Assembly (NCBI GenBank): GCA_050179755.1
Contig: JBFXEV010000001.1
Span: forward strand, 585,994-649,993
Length of the DNA stretch: 64,000 nt
Reading direction: 5' to 3'
From: Candidatus Babeliales bacterium
GTDB lineage: Bacteria > Babelota > Babeliae > Babelales > JBFXEV01
Shown: positions 17,300-27,894 of the stretch, in pieces
How the letters are laid out: the number at the start of each line of letters is the position of its first letter
Position numbering within the stretch: the first letter of the stretch is position 1
Program-made: the position numbers and the translations under genes
Notes under the pieces: generated by a model
The model's database searches: none
What the model saw: only the letters and a program-made list of their open reading frames with translations
What the model was told of the DNA's origin: nothing

Positions 17300-19540
17300 A
17301 TGCAAAAAATTCGTGTTGGTGTGATTATGGGAGGCATGTCAATTGAAGATGAAGTGTCATTTAATTCTGGCAGAACTATTTGTGATCATTTAGATAGTTC
17401 TTGTTACGAAATTATTCCATTATTTCATACGCACGATAATGCTTTATACATTTTACCATGGCGATTTTTGCATCGTGGAAAAATTTCAGATTTTATTGAG
17501 CGATTAGCTTCTGAGGGTAAGCAAGTAACATGGGATCAATTAAAAAACACGATTGATTTCATGTACATTGCAACTCATGGTAGATTCGCAGAAGATGGCA
17601 CGCTCCAAGGCATGCTGGAAGTGCTTGGCATTCCCTACCTTGGTGCAAAGGTATACGCAAGTGCTTTGCGCATGGATAAAATTGTGCAAAAAAGCGTGCT
17701 CCAACGGCATGGAGTTTTGGTTCCACGCTATGCGGTAGTTCGTGCGCATGAAATTGGCCAATTTTCATTAATGAAAGATGATATTTACAAACGCATGGAA
17801 AAAGCAGGCGTTGTGTTCCCCTGCATTGTAAAACCACAAGCAGAAGGTTCTAGCTTGGGCATACGTAAAGTGCATACGCAGGACGATTTGGAAGAAGCAT
17901 GCAAAAAAGCAGCGTGGGTAAATGCTCAATCAGCACAGAATGTGCTGATTGAAGAATGTTTGTTTGGCATGGAATTTACGTGTGTTATATTGACCGATTA
18001 TACAACTGGCCAACCAATATTTTTACCGCCAACAGAAATTGTGATAGAAGATGGTTCTGATATTTTTGACTATGAACAAAAATATATGCCAGGTCGTGCG
18101 CAAAAATTTACACCAGCGCGTTGCAGCCAAGAGCTTACCGAGCGTATTCAACAGACATGCTATACAGCAATGCGCGCGCTTAATATTACTAACATGAGCC
18201 GTATTGATGGGTTTGTAACACCACATGAAGAAATTTATATTATTGATCCTAATTCTCTTTCTGGTATGGGGCCTGCAAGCTTTTTATTTAAGCAAGCTGC
18301 CGAATATGGCATGAATCATACAGACTTGATAAATCATTTGATTAAAACAGAATTAAAATCCTATAGAATAGGAATGGAAATGAATACTCCCGAGACAAAA
18401 GCTGGTGCGGTTAGTGCAACACATAAATTGAAAGTAGCAGTACTTCTTGGCGGTAGATCAAATGAAAAAGAGATTTCACTTGATTCTGGCAGAAACGTCG
18501 TCTATAAATTATCGCCCAATACATACGATGTCACACCACTTTTTGTGAGCAGCAAGCTTGAACTGTATCGCTTGAATGCAAAATTATTAGTATGTAATAA
18601 TACAGGTGAAATTGAGCGCCAACTAACACCAGATTTGTTTGTTGCTTGGAATGATTTGCCTAAGATTGCAGATTTTGTTTTTATTGGATTGCATGGTGGA
18701 GAAGGTGAGAATGGTGCAATACAAGGCACACTAGAACTTCTTAAATTACCATATAATGGCCCTTCGGTACTGACCAGTGCATTATGTATGAATAAATATG
18801 AAACAAATCAATTGCTTAAGGCGCACGGCTTTGCTGTGCCTGAAAGCGTGCTTATAGAAAAAAATGAATGGCAAAGGGCGCAAGATCAGTGCATTCAAAA
18901 AGTAATTACCACACTTCAGTTCCCGCTTATTTTAAAACCACATAATGATGGCTGTAGTGTTGGTGTACAAAAAATTCTAAATGAACAACAATTAAAACCA
19001 ATGCTTGAAGCGTTCTTTGTAGATCGCATGCAAGCTCTTTTAGAAGTTTGCGTTATTGGCATGGAATTAACTGTTGGTGTAATTGGCAATACTACTGCGC
19101 AAGCATTACCGCCAAGTAAAGCAGTAGCAGCTGCTGGTGTTCTTTCTATGACAGAAAAGTTTTTGCCAGGCGCTGGTGAAAATCAAACTCCTGCGCCACT
19201 TTCTGCTCAAGCAACTGAATTGGTGCAACGCACTATTGAGCACGTATATACAACAGTTGGGTGCAAAGGTTACTCACGCATTGACTGCTTTTATCAAACT
19301 CAAGCAGAAAGCCCTACAGGATTTGAACGCGTGGTTATTTTAGAAATTAATACGCTACCAGCACTTACTCCTGCAACGTGCCTTTTTCATCAAGCTGCAG
19401 AGCTTGGCATGAAGCCAATGGATCTCATTGATAAGATTGTGCAACTTGGGTTAGAACAACATAATGGTGAGACTGCAAAGGAAATGAACGTTAATAAAGT
19501 GCGCCACGCATCACAAACAGTTCATCTGGATGTAAAGTAA
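17300..19540 (+). CDS. ddl: Tandem D-Ala-D-Ala ligase fusion (two ATP-grasp Ddl domains)
   Basis: Domain 1: GVIMGGMSIEDEVSFNSG, HGRFAEDG, KPQAEGSSLG, DYEQKY, RIDG. Domain 2: AVLLGGRSNEKEISLDSG, LHGGEGENG, KPHNDGCSVG, RIDC, LEINTLP. Confidence 0.9.
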   Translation: MQKIRVGVIMGGMSIEDEVSFNSGRTICDHLDSSCYEIIPLFHTHDNALYILPWRFLHRGKISDFIERLASEGKQVTWDQLKNTIDFMYIATHGRFAEDGTLQGMLEVLGIPYLGAKVYASALRMDKIVQKSVLQRHGVLVPRYAVVRAHEIGQFSLMKDDIYKRMEKAGVVFPCIVKPQAEGSSLGIRKVHTQDDLEEACKKAAWVNAQSAQNVLIEECLFGMEFTCVILTDYTTGQPIFLPPTEIVIEDGSDIFDYEQKYMPGRAQKFTPARCSQELTERIQQTCYTAMRALNITNMSRIDGFVTPHEEIYIIDPNSLSGMGPASFLFKQAAEYGMNHTDLINHLIKTELKSYRIGMEMNTPETKAGAVSATHKLKVAVLLGGRSNEKEISLDSGRNVVYKLSPNTYDVTPLFVSSKLELYRLNAKLLVCNNTGEIERQLTPDLFVAWNDLPKIADFVFIGLHGGEGENGAIQGTLELLKLPYNGPSVLTSALCMNKYETNQLLKAHGFAVPESVLIEKNEWQRAQDQCIQKVITTLQFPLILKPHNDGCSVGVQKILNEQQLKPMLEAFFVDRMQALLEVCVIGMELTVGVIGNTTAQALPPSKAVAAAGVLSMTEKFLPGAGENQTPAPLSAQATELVQRTIEHVYTTVGCKGYSRIDCFYQTQAESPTGFERVVILEINTLPALTPATCLFHQAAELGMKPMDLIDKIVQLGLEQHNGETAKEMNVNKVRHASQTVHLDVK

Positions 19541-19562
19541 AATTTTTTTAGATCTAAAAAAA

Positions 19563-19590
19563 TGGAGGAAGTGATTTCTCACTTCCTCCA
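19563..19590. terminator. Terminator between convergent ddl and GMC-1
   Basis: Perfect 12-bp stem tggaggaagtga/tcacttcctcca flanked by A-rich tracts. Confidence 0.8.
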
Positions 19591-19630
19591 AAACAAACAA
19601 CTCACGCTGTTCTAATTGTTTATCATATCC

Positions 19631-22357
19631 TTATGAATATGCTGCAAGTATATCTTGAGCGATCTTCTCTGCAATTACATAGCATACACCATTCGGCCAA
19701 CGCGCGCTTACTGGCGTAACGCTCATATCTGCAATATAGAGATCTTGCATACCAAATACCTTGCCATTTTGATCAACAACCGCTAATGGATCGCCTACTA
19801 CACCCATCTTACAGGTTCCCATAGCGTGATGCCCACCGGTATAATTGAGTAAGAAGGTTCGTAATTTCGCTTGATCAACATCAGCTATGCTGTTGAATTC
19901 TACTACACCATCCAATAGAATGTCTTCTGGAGATGGGAATAGGAGCTTTTCAAAGTAAGCAGGAGATGTCGCTTTTAAGGCTGTCCAAACAGGGAATACC
20001 GTATTATTCATCACATCAATCCAAACTTGTAGATCGTGTGGATGTTCAAGATATGGCATATGTATGAACGGTGGCACGGTAGGGTCACTAGATACCAGTT
20101 TTACAAATCCTTCTGATAGGTTGTCTTGTTCTTGTTCTAAGAGCAGACCTAGTATGTTGTTAGGATCTACCATAATAGGCAAGAATGCAGCATCGCCAGT
20201 AATAGTTGTTACACCACCACCAAATACGCCAGGATTAGTTGGATATAATAATGTTATCGTGGTGACACCAGGAACATTATTACGAGTAACTGTAGGAAGC
20301 CCGTTAAATGCTGAAGCAGTAAACTTGCCGTTATAGTTTGGATTGCTATTACCTTCTACCGTAAATCCTCCTGATGACACTATTGATGCTGGTATGGTAA
20401 ATGTTACTGACCATGGACCCGTATCAGGTGGCGTTGGAGCAACTGGTGCTGCAGCAGAAGTAACGGTGATAGGGCCAGGATTTGCCGTTGGATTAGTTGT
20501 ATCAAGTAAAATATTGTGGAATGTGTTTCTGGTATTGGTGCTATAAATTGCAGGAACGTTTCTGAGCCCTGACCAGAACTTTTGCACAAATGGATCTGTA
20601 GATTCACAGTTAATAAAGAATAGGCTGCCAGCAACAAAGAGTAAATCAAAAGCTGGTGGAATACCATTGGCTCTGTCAGTTGGATTTACAAACGTAGAGA
20701 GAGTATTGAATGTTAAGAAAGAGTTAATGGCTCCCTCTGCTTTTTGCCAAACTAAAAACAGTTCGGTAGAGTCAAGCAAATGTTGCCCTACGCCAGGCAA
20801 ATGGAGTTTTGACTCTATGCCCATTGGTTCTAAATCAAATTTATTACCAATTCCTGAAAGGTTGAGAATTTGAGGCGTATTGAAAGAACCCGCACAAAGT
20901 ATTACAGCTTTTTTTGCATATACTTTGCAGGTATCTTTTTTCTTTGCAGCAACGCCATTAAATCGAGCATCACCACGAGTGCCACCATATCCTGCTTGTG
21001 AGGTGTTTGGATTGCGACCAGTTTGGTAAATGTTCCAACCCTCTAGATATTCAACACCTTTTGCCTGGTTATCTTTAAGTATTAGATTTGTTACTAATAC
21101 TTCAGACTTAATAGTTAGATTTGGTCTGTTTTGGGCATCATAAAGATATGTATTTGCAGAAGATACTCGTTGAAGGAGTTGGAGTGCGGCAGGATCTAAT
21201 GTTGGATCATTCAGATCTTGGTATTCTTGAGGCACTTTAAATCCAGTGTCTCCATATTTAGGAAAGTTATATACTGCAAATGGTACGTTATTTGCAAAAT
21301 CTCCTGGCGCAGGAGCATTACCAGGCTCTGTAATGGTGGCATTGAGAACTTGGAAATTTAATGTGGCATTAAGAATACTTAAACCACCAAACATTGCAGT
21401 AGGTGGGTAATCAAGATCTACAAGCGCTGCAACGCCTGGTGCTGCAAGTGGATAATCAAAACTGCTTAACGTAGTACCAACTACCTCTTGAAGAACAGGA
21501 GTAAACTCATCTGGGAATCCATGAACGAGAGGAATTTCGCCATCAAACCCGTACCATGCAGGATCAAACCCTCCAAATTCACCTGCGGCTAAAGCAGGAT
21601 TATAAAGTGGTAAACTGCCTGGAGTGGGTGGTACTGCAATGATTGCTTGTGAACGATTTTCAATTTTTTTATAAATTGGCACAAGCGGGCTTGCTGGTGT
21701 GCTTGCGTCCCAATCGGTTAAACCAAGTGCAACCCATTGGTTCCAGTTATAGGGTGCGTTGCGAACATCAATGTTATTATTATGTGATGAGCATCCACCC
21801 CATTGAGCGCCTCTGGTGTACGTAGTGCTGTTAAAACCGTTGGGGCGATCTGTTTGCTCATAATACCACCAACTGCCAAAGCCTCTGTTGAGCTGTGCCC
21901 CATTAAAAGGAGAACCTCCACGATTATATTTTCCCCAATTGTAATCGCCGGGTTGAGGCACATTAGCTGGAGATGGTTCTGGTAATAATTCTGATTCGCG
22001 AGCATCATCTCTGCCAGCTTCAAGCACGCATACAGTAAATTCGCCGCTTTCACTCAAGCGGTTTGCAAGCACGCAACCGGCTTGACCTGCACCAACGATT
22101 ACAAAATCAAACTTTTCTTTTTTGCAATGATTCTTTTTCTTCTTGCATTTATCTTTTTCCTTTTTGCATGGCTTTGGGCAACAAGGATTGTGCGGGCGAT
22201 TGTGATGCTTTTTGCGCTCACTACGTGTTATGTTTTGATCACACTCTGTGCTTTGCGTGTCTGTTCTTGCCAGTGCCATATAAGGCGTAACTATATTGAG
22301 TAGTAAACTGTAAAAAATAAGCTGTGCAAACATTCGTTTGCCATATTGTTTTTTCAT
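19631..22357 (-). CDS. Secreted GMC oxidoreductase family protein (GMC-1, long type)
   Basis: FDFVIVGAGQAGCVLANRLSE, VLEAG, VILCAG..TPQILNLSGIG, LPGVGQHL, HAMGTCKMG, VVD..GKVFG..DLYIADMS; signal peptide. Confidence 0.93.
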   Translation of the reverse strand: MKKQYGKRMFAQLIFYSLLLNIVTPYMALARTDTQSTECDQNITRSERKKHHNRPHNPCCPKPCKKEKDKCKKKKNHCKKEKFDFVIVGAGQAGCVLANRLSESGEFTVCVLEAGRDDARESELLPEPSPANVPQPGDYNWGKYNRGGSPFNGAQLNRGFGSWWYYEQTDRPNGFNSTTYTRGAQWGGCSSHNNNIDVRNAPYNWNQWVALGLTDWDASTPASPLVPIYKKIENRSQAIIAVPPTPGSLPLYNPALAAGEFGGFDPAWYGFDGEIPLVHGFPDEFTPVLQEVVGTTLSSFDYPLAAPGVAALVDLDYPPTAMFGGLSILNATLNFQVLNATITEPGNAPAPGDFANNVPFAVYNFPKYGDTGFKVPQEYQDLNDPTLDPAALQLLQRVSSANTYLYDAQNRPNLTIKSEVLVTNLILKDNQAKGVEYLEGWNIYQTGRNPNTSQAGYGGTRGDARFNGVAAKKKDTCKVYAKKAVILCAGSFNTPQILNLSGIGNKFDLEPMGIESKLHLPGVGQHLLDSTELFLVWQKAEGAINSFLTFNTLSTFVNPTDRANGIPPAFDLLFVAGSLFFINCESTDPFVQKFWSGLRNVPAIYSTNTRNTFHNILLDTTNPTANPGPITVTSAAAPVAPTPPDTGPWSVTFTIPASIVSSGGFTVEGNSNPNYNGKFTASAFNGLPTVTRNNVPGVTTITLLYPTNPGVFGGGVTTITGDAAFLPIMVDPNNILGLLLEQEQDNLSEGFVKLVSSDPTVPPFIHMPYLEHPHDLQVWIDVMNNTVFPVWTALKATSPAYFEKLLFPSPEDILLDGVVEFNSIADVDQAKLRTFLLNYTGGHHAMGTCKMGVVGDPLAVVDQNGKVFGMQDLYIADMSVTPVSARWPNGVCYVIAEKIAQDILAAYS

Positions 22358-22727
22358 TATGAATCTTTCTAAAACATTATTGAACTACTTTTTTCCTGCT
22401 CGTTTTAAGATGAGTTCGAGCGGCTCTTTTTTTGTTTCCCTCCTCTTTATTTTTTGTTTAACGTTATCTCACGTTTATAATATATGCTTCAATTTTATGA
22501 TTTAATTTTTACAATAGCATTTATTTATAATGTTGCAAATGGGGTGCTTTTTTTACAAAAGCCCGATAATACCTTAAAATCCTATTTATTTATTAAATAA
22601 AAAAGGCCTTATTAAGGTCATGCGGCATTTCCCTTTTTTTAGAGGTTTTTTGATTTCCTCCTAATAGGCAGATGCGGAATAATTAAAATAAGTAAGTGCT
22701 ATAATTTCTATAGTGATCCTAAAAAGA

Positions 22728-22780
22728 GTACTGCCTTGCTGCGTGTTGCTCTTAAAACAATACGTACAACAGGGCAGTAC
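22728..22780 (-). terminator. Intrinsic terminator after GMC-2
   Basis: Long hairpin gtactgcc...ggcagtac followed by a U-tract on the minus strand. Confidence 0.7.
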
Positions 22781-22813
22781 CAAGAAAATTAATTCTCTTT
22801 GTTTACTTATCGT

Positions 22814-25525
22814 TTATGCATATGCTGCAAGAATATCTTGAGCGATCTTCTCTGCAATTACATAGCACGTACTATTAGGCCACCGCACGCTCACAGGTGT
22901 AACGCTCATATCCGCAATGTACAGGTTTTTCATGCCAAATACTTTGCCATCTTGATCAACAACAGCCAAAGGATCTGCCGCTGTGCCCATCTTGCATGTT
23001 CCCATAGCGTGATGCCCCCCAACATAATTGAGTAAGAAAGTTCGTAGTTTTGCTTGATCAACGTCAGCTGCACTGTTGAACTCAACTATACCATCAAGCA
23101 GAATGTCTGCTGGAGATGGGAATAAGAGTTTCTCAAAATAAGCGGGAGTTGTTGTTTTTAATGCCTCCCAAACAGGAAATACCGTGTTATTCATCACATC
23201 TACCCAATTTTGTAAATCTTGCGGATGTTCAAGATATGGCATATGTATAAATGGTGGCACTGTAGGGTCTGTAGATACCAATTTTACGAAACCTTCTGAT
23301 AGATTATCTTGTTCTTGTTCTAACAGTAGTCCGTGCGCGCTAATAGGATCTACCATAATAGGTAAGAATGCAGCATCGCCAGTAATAGTTGTTACACCAC
23401 CACCAAATACGCCAGGATTAGTTGGATATAATAATGTTATCGTGGTGACACCAGGAACATTATTACGAGTAACTGTAGGAAGCCCATTAAATGCTGAAGC
23501 AGTAAACTTACCGTTATAGTTTGGATTGCTATTACCTTCTACCGTAAATCCTCCTGATGACACTATTGATGCTGGTATGGTAAATGTTACTGACCATGGA
23601 CCCGTATCAGGTGGTGTTGGAGCAACTGGCGCTGCAGCAGAAATTACTGTTATAGGCTCAGGATTTGCTGTTGGATTTGTTGTATCCAGTAAAATATTGT
23701 GGAATGTATTTCTGGTATTGGTGCTATAAATTGCAGGCACGTTCCTAAGCCCTGCCCAGAATTTTTGCACAAAGGGATCAGTAGTTTCACAACTAATACT
23801 AAAAATAGTGCCACCAAGAAAGATTAAATCAAAAGCTGGTGGAATACCGTTGGCCTTATCTGTTGGATTTACAAATGTTGAAAGCGTATTGAAGTTTGTT
23901 GGAGTGTTAACTCTTCCTTCAGGCGTTTGCCATAATAAAAATAATTCAGTATCATCAATTAAGTGTTGGCCTACGCCAGGCAAATGGAGTTTTGACTCTA
24001 TGCCCATTGGTTCCAAATCAAACCTATTGCCAATACCTGAAAGGTTTAGAATCTGTGGCGTATTGAAAGCACCTGCACAAAGCACTACAGCTTTCTTTGC
24101 ATAGACCTTGCATGTACTTTCTTTTTTTGCTGCAACGCCATTAAATCGAGCGTCGCCAACAGTGCCACCATAACCGGCTTGTGAGGTATTTGGATTACGA
24201 CCAGCTTGATAAATATTCCAGCCCTTCAAATATTCAACACCTTTGACCTTGTTGCTATCTGATATAATGAGGTTGGTCACTAATACTTCTGATTTTACTG
24301 TCAGATTTCGTCTGTTTTCAGCATCATACAAATATGTATTAGCTGATGAAACTCTTTGGAACGGTTGAAGTGCTGCAGGATCTAGAGTTGGATCATTGAG
24401 ATCTTGAAACTCTTCAGGTACTTTAAATCCAGTGTCTCCATATTTAGGGAAATTGTATACCGCAAATGGCACGTTGTTTGCAAAGTCACCGGGAGCAGGT
24501 GCATCGCCCGGCTCTGTAAGAGTAGCATCCAAAATTTGGAATGTTAACGTGTTATTAAGAATACTGAGTCCGCCTTCTCGTGTCATTGGTGGATAATCAA
24601 GATCTACAAGGTTTGCAACGCCTGGTGCTGCAAGTGGATAATCAAAACTGCTTAACGTAGTACCAACTACCCCTTGAAGAACAGTAGTAAATTCATCTGG
24701 GAATCCATGCAAGATAGGAACTTCGCCATCAAATCCGTACCATGCTGGGTCAAATCCTCCAAAGGCTCCTGGAGTTCCTGGATTATAGAAAGGAACGGCG
24801 GTACCAAAAATTGCTTGAGAACGATTTTCAATTTTTTTGTATATTGAAACAAGTGGACTAACTGGCGTGCTTGCATCCCAATCGGTCAAGCCAAGCGCAA
24901 CCCATTGATCCCAATTATACGGTGCATTTCGAATCCAAAGATTATTGTTATGTGATGAGCATCCACCCCATTTTGCGCCTCTGGTGTACGTAGTGCTATT
25001 AAATCCATTGGGGCGATCTGCCTGCGTATAGTACCACCAACTGCCAAAGCCTCTATTTAAAAGAGGTCCTACAAAAAGAGGGCCGCCACGAGTGTATTTT
25101 CCCCAATGATAATCGCCTGGTTGAGGCACGTTGGCAGGTGACGGCTCAGGTAATAATTCTGAAAGTCGAGCATCATCTCTGCCCACTTCAAGTACACAAA
25201 CAGTAAATTTACCATTTTCACTTAATCGATTGGCAAGCACGCACCCGGCTTGACCTGCGCCTACGATTACAAAGTCAAACTTTTCTTTTTTCCTCTTTTT
25301 CTTCTTGCATTTATCTTTTTCCTTTTTGCATGGTTTTGGGCAACAAGGATTGTGAGGGCGATCGTGATGCTTTTTGCGCTCACCACGTGTTATGTTTTGA
25401 TCACACTCTGTGTTTTGCGTGTCTGTTCTTGCGAGCGCCATATAAGGCGTAACTATATTGAGCAGTAAACTGTAAAAAATAAGCTGCGCAAACATTCGTT
25501 TGCCATACTGTTTTTTCATGTACAA
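22814..25525 (-). CDS. Secreted GMC oxidoreductase family protein (GMC-2, long type)
   Basis: Close paralog of GMC-1 with the same motifs. Confidence 0.93.
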   Translation of the reverse strand: MYMKKQYGKRMFAQLIFYSLLLNIVTPYMALARTDTQNTECDQNITRGERKKHHDRPHNPCCPKPCKKEKDKCKKKKRKKEKFDFVIVGAGQAGCVLANRLSENGKFTVCVLEVGRDDARLSELLPEPSPANVPQPGDYHWGKYTRGGPLFVGPLLNRGFGSWWYYTQADRPNGFNSTTYTRGAKWGGCSSHNNNLWIRNAPYNWDQWVALGLTDWDASTPVSPLVSIYKKIENRSQAIFGTAVPFYNPGTPGAFGGFDPAWYGFDGEVPILHGFPDEFTTVLQGVVGTTLSSFDYPLAAPGVANLVDLDYPPMTREGGLSILNNTLTFQILDATLTEPGDAPAPGDFANNVPFAVYNFPKYGDTGFKVPEEFQDLNDPTLDPAALQPFQRVSSANTYLYDAENRRNLTVKSEVLVTNLIISDSNKVKGVEYLKGWNIYQAGRNPNTSQAGYGGTVGDARFNGVAAKKESTCKVYAKKAVVLCAGAFNTPQILNLSGIGNRFDLEPMGIESKLHLPGVGQHLIDDTELFLLWQTPEGRVNTPTNFNTLSTFVNPTDKANGIPPAFDLIFLGGTIFSISCETTDPFVQKFWAGLRNVPAIYSTNTRNTFHNILLDTTNPTANPEPITVISAAAPVAPTPPDTGPWSVTFTIPASIVSSGGFTVEGNSNPNYNGKFTASAFNGLPTVTRNNVPGVTTITLLYPTNPGVFGGGVTTITGDAAFLPIMVDPISAHGLLLEQEQDNLSEGFVKLVSTDPTVPPFIHMPYLEHPQDLQNWVDVMNNTVFPVWEALKTTTPAYFEKLLFPSPADILLDGIVEFNSAADVDQAKLRTFLLNYVGGHHAMGTCKMGTAADPLAVVDQDGKVFGMKNLYIADMSVTPVSVRWPNSTCYVIAEKIAQDILAAYA

Positions 25526-25680
25526 ATCTTTCTATTAAATTATTAAACTACTTTTTATTTTAAGCTGAAATGTAGTGGTATCCCCTTTCTTTGTGTAGAG
25601 AGCTTACCAAGATGCTGTCTTGAGTAAGCTCTAGATTTGATGATTTAATTAATGTTATCAACAATAAATTCAGAAACTGC
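25440..25680. repeat. Duplicated gene-junction block, copy 1
   Basis: Closely matches 27815-28050: SEFIVDNIN stop region, gagcttac-caagatgct.tcttga-gtaagctc hairpin and MYMKKQYGKRMFAQLIFYSLLLN leader. Confidence 0.85.
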
Positions 25681-27894
25681 TTCTCCTACAACATATCCAG
25701 CACGTGACGTGTTAAATGCGTGTAACCAAGGTGTTACATAGACGCTAGTATCGGCAATTCTGAGGTTATCTACACCAAGTACTCTGCAGCGTGGGTCAAG
25801 TACCGTGTTTTTGTTTTTAGCTTTACCCGTTTTTTTATCTATGGCGCCCATTTGGCATGTACCGCACATTTGGTGACCGTATGCACTCCAATTCTTAATG
25901 TATTGTTTTAATTCTGCAACTGAGCCTGCATTTGGCCCTGGGATAATTTCCCATGGTTGCCCTGGAATGCCGTAAACATCTTTTATTGCAGGGTCTTCCA
26001 TCACGGCGCGTATTTGTTGCACCATGAGTGCTATTTGTTCAATAGCTGTCTCATCTTCATAAAGTTGTTCATGGATAATAGGAGCAATTCTTGGATCATT
26101 GCTTGCAAGTCGAATGGTTCCTGGCGAAACATGGGGTTTTAAGGTTGCAGTAAGCCAGGAGACAAATACACGAGGAAATGGAGCAAATTGAGCAAACCAT
26201 AAATCAGCTTTGATAGGTATGCCTGTTTGATTAATGGGATCATTAAAATCAGGAACCAATAGTTTTCTTGAATAATCAAAATAACTGTCTGGGTACTGTG
26301 GACTTACATACGTTTGGTCAAAATTGAAGAAGAAGACTTGATAAGGAATAGCATTTATATCAGGAAACGGATATTGGCCAGGTTGTGGTGAAGGGGGTTG
26401 ACCCGCACTATACCATTCCCATTGAATTTCTGAGGTGTTGGTATCAAATGTATTAGGGAATGCTTCAACAGAAGCTTTGGCAACAGCATAAATATCAGGG
26501 TTTGTTTCCTGTAAATTTGGATAGAGAGCTAATAATACCGCTGCTTGCCAACTTGGTATGAAGACTAATGGGTTGATCTCAAAGATTATTGCTACTTCAA
26601 CGTGATCTAAAAGGTCACTACCAACGCCAGGAAGATCTACTTTTGGTTTTATACCAACGCTTTGTAAATGTGCTTTTGGACCAATTCCTGAAAGCATAAG
26701 AAGTTGCGGTGTTTGAATTGCACCAGCGCAGACTATTACTTCTTTTCTTGCTAAATAATTCGTTGCTACTCTAGGTAAAGATTGATCAGTGGTAAGAGCA
26801 GTACATGTTTCTGGATTTACACAGTCACTTGGATCTTCACATACAATGTTAAACGCGGCACCAGATTGTACTTCTTGTAAGTATGCTTTATTGTATGCTT
26901 TTACACCACATGCTTTATATTTATTTTTGCCACATTTATTTTCTTTAAGAATAATTTCTGCGGCAAGCGTGTTAAATTCAACATGTATGTTACCGGTTTG
27001 TTCTTTCACGGGAGTTAGTAATGCTTGATATACATATGATCTTGTTCCTTCAGTTGTTATTTGTATGTCAGCATTACCAACGCCATCAGGTTCTTGAGGA
27101 TTGCAGAAATTTTCTCGAAAAGGAACGTTGATAGTATCAACAATTACATTTGAAATAGATTGAAGCAATGGTTCAACTGGAGTATGTTGAATGCTTAGCC
27201 ATCCTTGAGTTCCTGGGCAATCATCACCTGGTTGTGCATATAATACATTTTCCATTTTTTTAAATAAACGGTTTATGTTGCTGCCAAGCCAATAATCGTC
27301 TTCAATAAGTTTGGCAATGTTATCATATACTTGGAGTGATCCAACGCCATCATTTAAAGCTTGTATAGAAACAGATCCGCCAGCGCCTAAGCCGCGAGGG
27401 TATGCATAATAAATGCCATTTTGATCAGTTGAAACAAATCCTGCCAGCGGTTGAGTTGCATTCCAAGTACCGCAATTGGTTGAATTTGGATCCATATTGA
27501 ATCTGTTTCTAAGAGATGCTAAACCAATTGGGGCTTCAATTAAGGTTTTATCAAATTGCACTAATGGATCAGTTGATTGCAAACTTGTATCAGGGCCTGC
27601 TTCCAGCACAATTACTGAAAAACCAGCTTGCGCAAGCCGCGAAGCTACAACACATCCGCCAGCCCCTGCTCCTACTACAATATAATCAGCAGTATAATCG
27701 AATGACCCATTACATTTAAAAGCATTTTTTTGACAATTGTTGGCGCGTGAACCACGTGATATATTTTGATCGTATTTTGTGCTTTGCGCGTTTGTTCTTG
27801 CGAGCGCAATAGAGGGCGTAATTGTGTTGAGCAGTAAACTGTAAAAAATAAGCTGCGCAAACATTCGTTTGCCATACTGTTTCTTCATGTACAA
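25645..27894 (-). CDS. Secreted GMC oxidoreductase family protein (GMC-3, short type)
   Basis: [57 protein letters not shown]. Confidence 0.93.
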   Translation of the reverse strand: MYMKKQYGKRMFAQLIFYSLLLNTITPSIALARTNAQSTKYDQNISRGSRANNCQKNAFKCNGSFDYTADYIVVGAGAGGCVVASRLAQAGFSVIVLEAGPDTSLQSTDPLVQFDKTLIEAPIGLASLRNRFNMDPNSTNCGTWNATQPLAGFVSTDQNGIYYAYPRGLGAGGSVSIQALNDGVGSLQVYDNIAKLIEDDYWLGSNINRLFKKMENVLYAQPGDDCPGTQGWLSIQHTPVEPLLQSISNVIVDTINVPFRENFCNPQEPDGVGNADIQITTEGTRSYVYQALLTPVKEQTGNIHVEFNTLAAEIILKENKCGKNKYKACGVKAYNKAYLQEVQSGAAFNIVCEDPSDCVNPETCTALTTDQSLPRVATNYLARKEVIVCAGAIQTPQLLMLSGIGPKAHLQSVGIKPKVDLPGVGSDLLDHVEVAIIFEINPLVFIPSWQAAVLLALYPNLQETNPDIYAVAKASVEAFPNTFDTNTSEIQWEWYSAGQPPSPQPGQYPFPDINAIPYQVFFFNFDQTYVSPQYPDSYFDYSRKLLVPDFNDPINQTGIPIKADLWFAQFAPFPRVFVSWLTATLKPHVSPGTIRLASNDPRIAPIIHEQLYEDETAIEQIALMVQQIRAVMEDPAIKDVYGIPGQPWEIIPGPNAGSVAELKQYIKNWSAYGHQMCGTCQMGAIDKKTGKAKNKNTVLDPRCRVLGVDNLRIADTSVYVTPWLHAFNTSRAGYVVGEAVSEFIVDNIN

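Noticed and set aside
22380..22700. Long AT-rich spacer between GMC-2 and GMC-1 as an sRNA
   Set aside because: Only a weak hairpin near 22398-22421; consistent with a promoter and leader region.
20161..23642. Near-identical repeat pair as a diversity-generating retroelement TR/VR
   Set aside because: Differences are synonymous and not adenine-specific, both copies are coding, and no reverse transcriptase is in the window.
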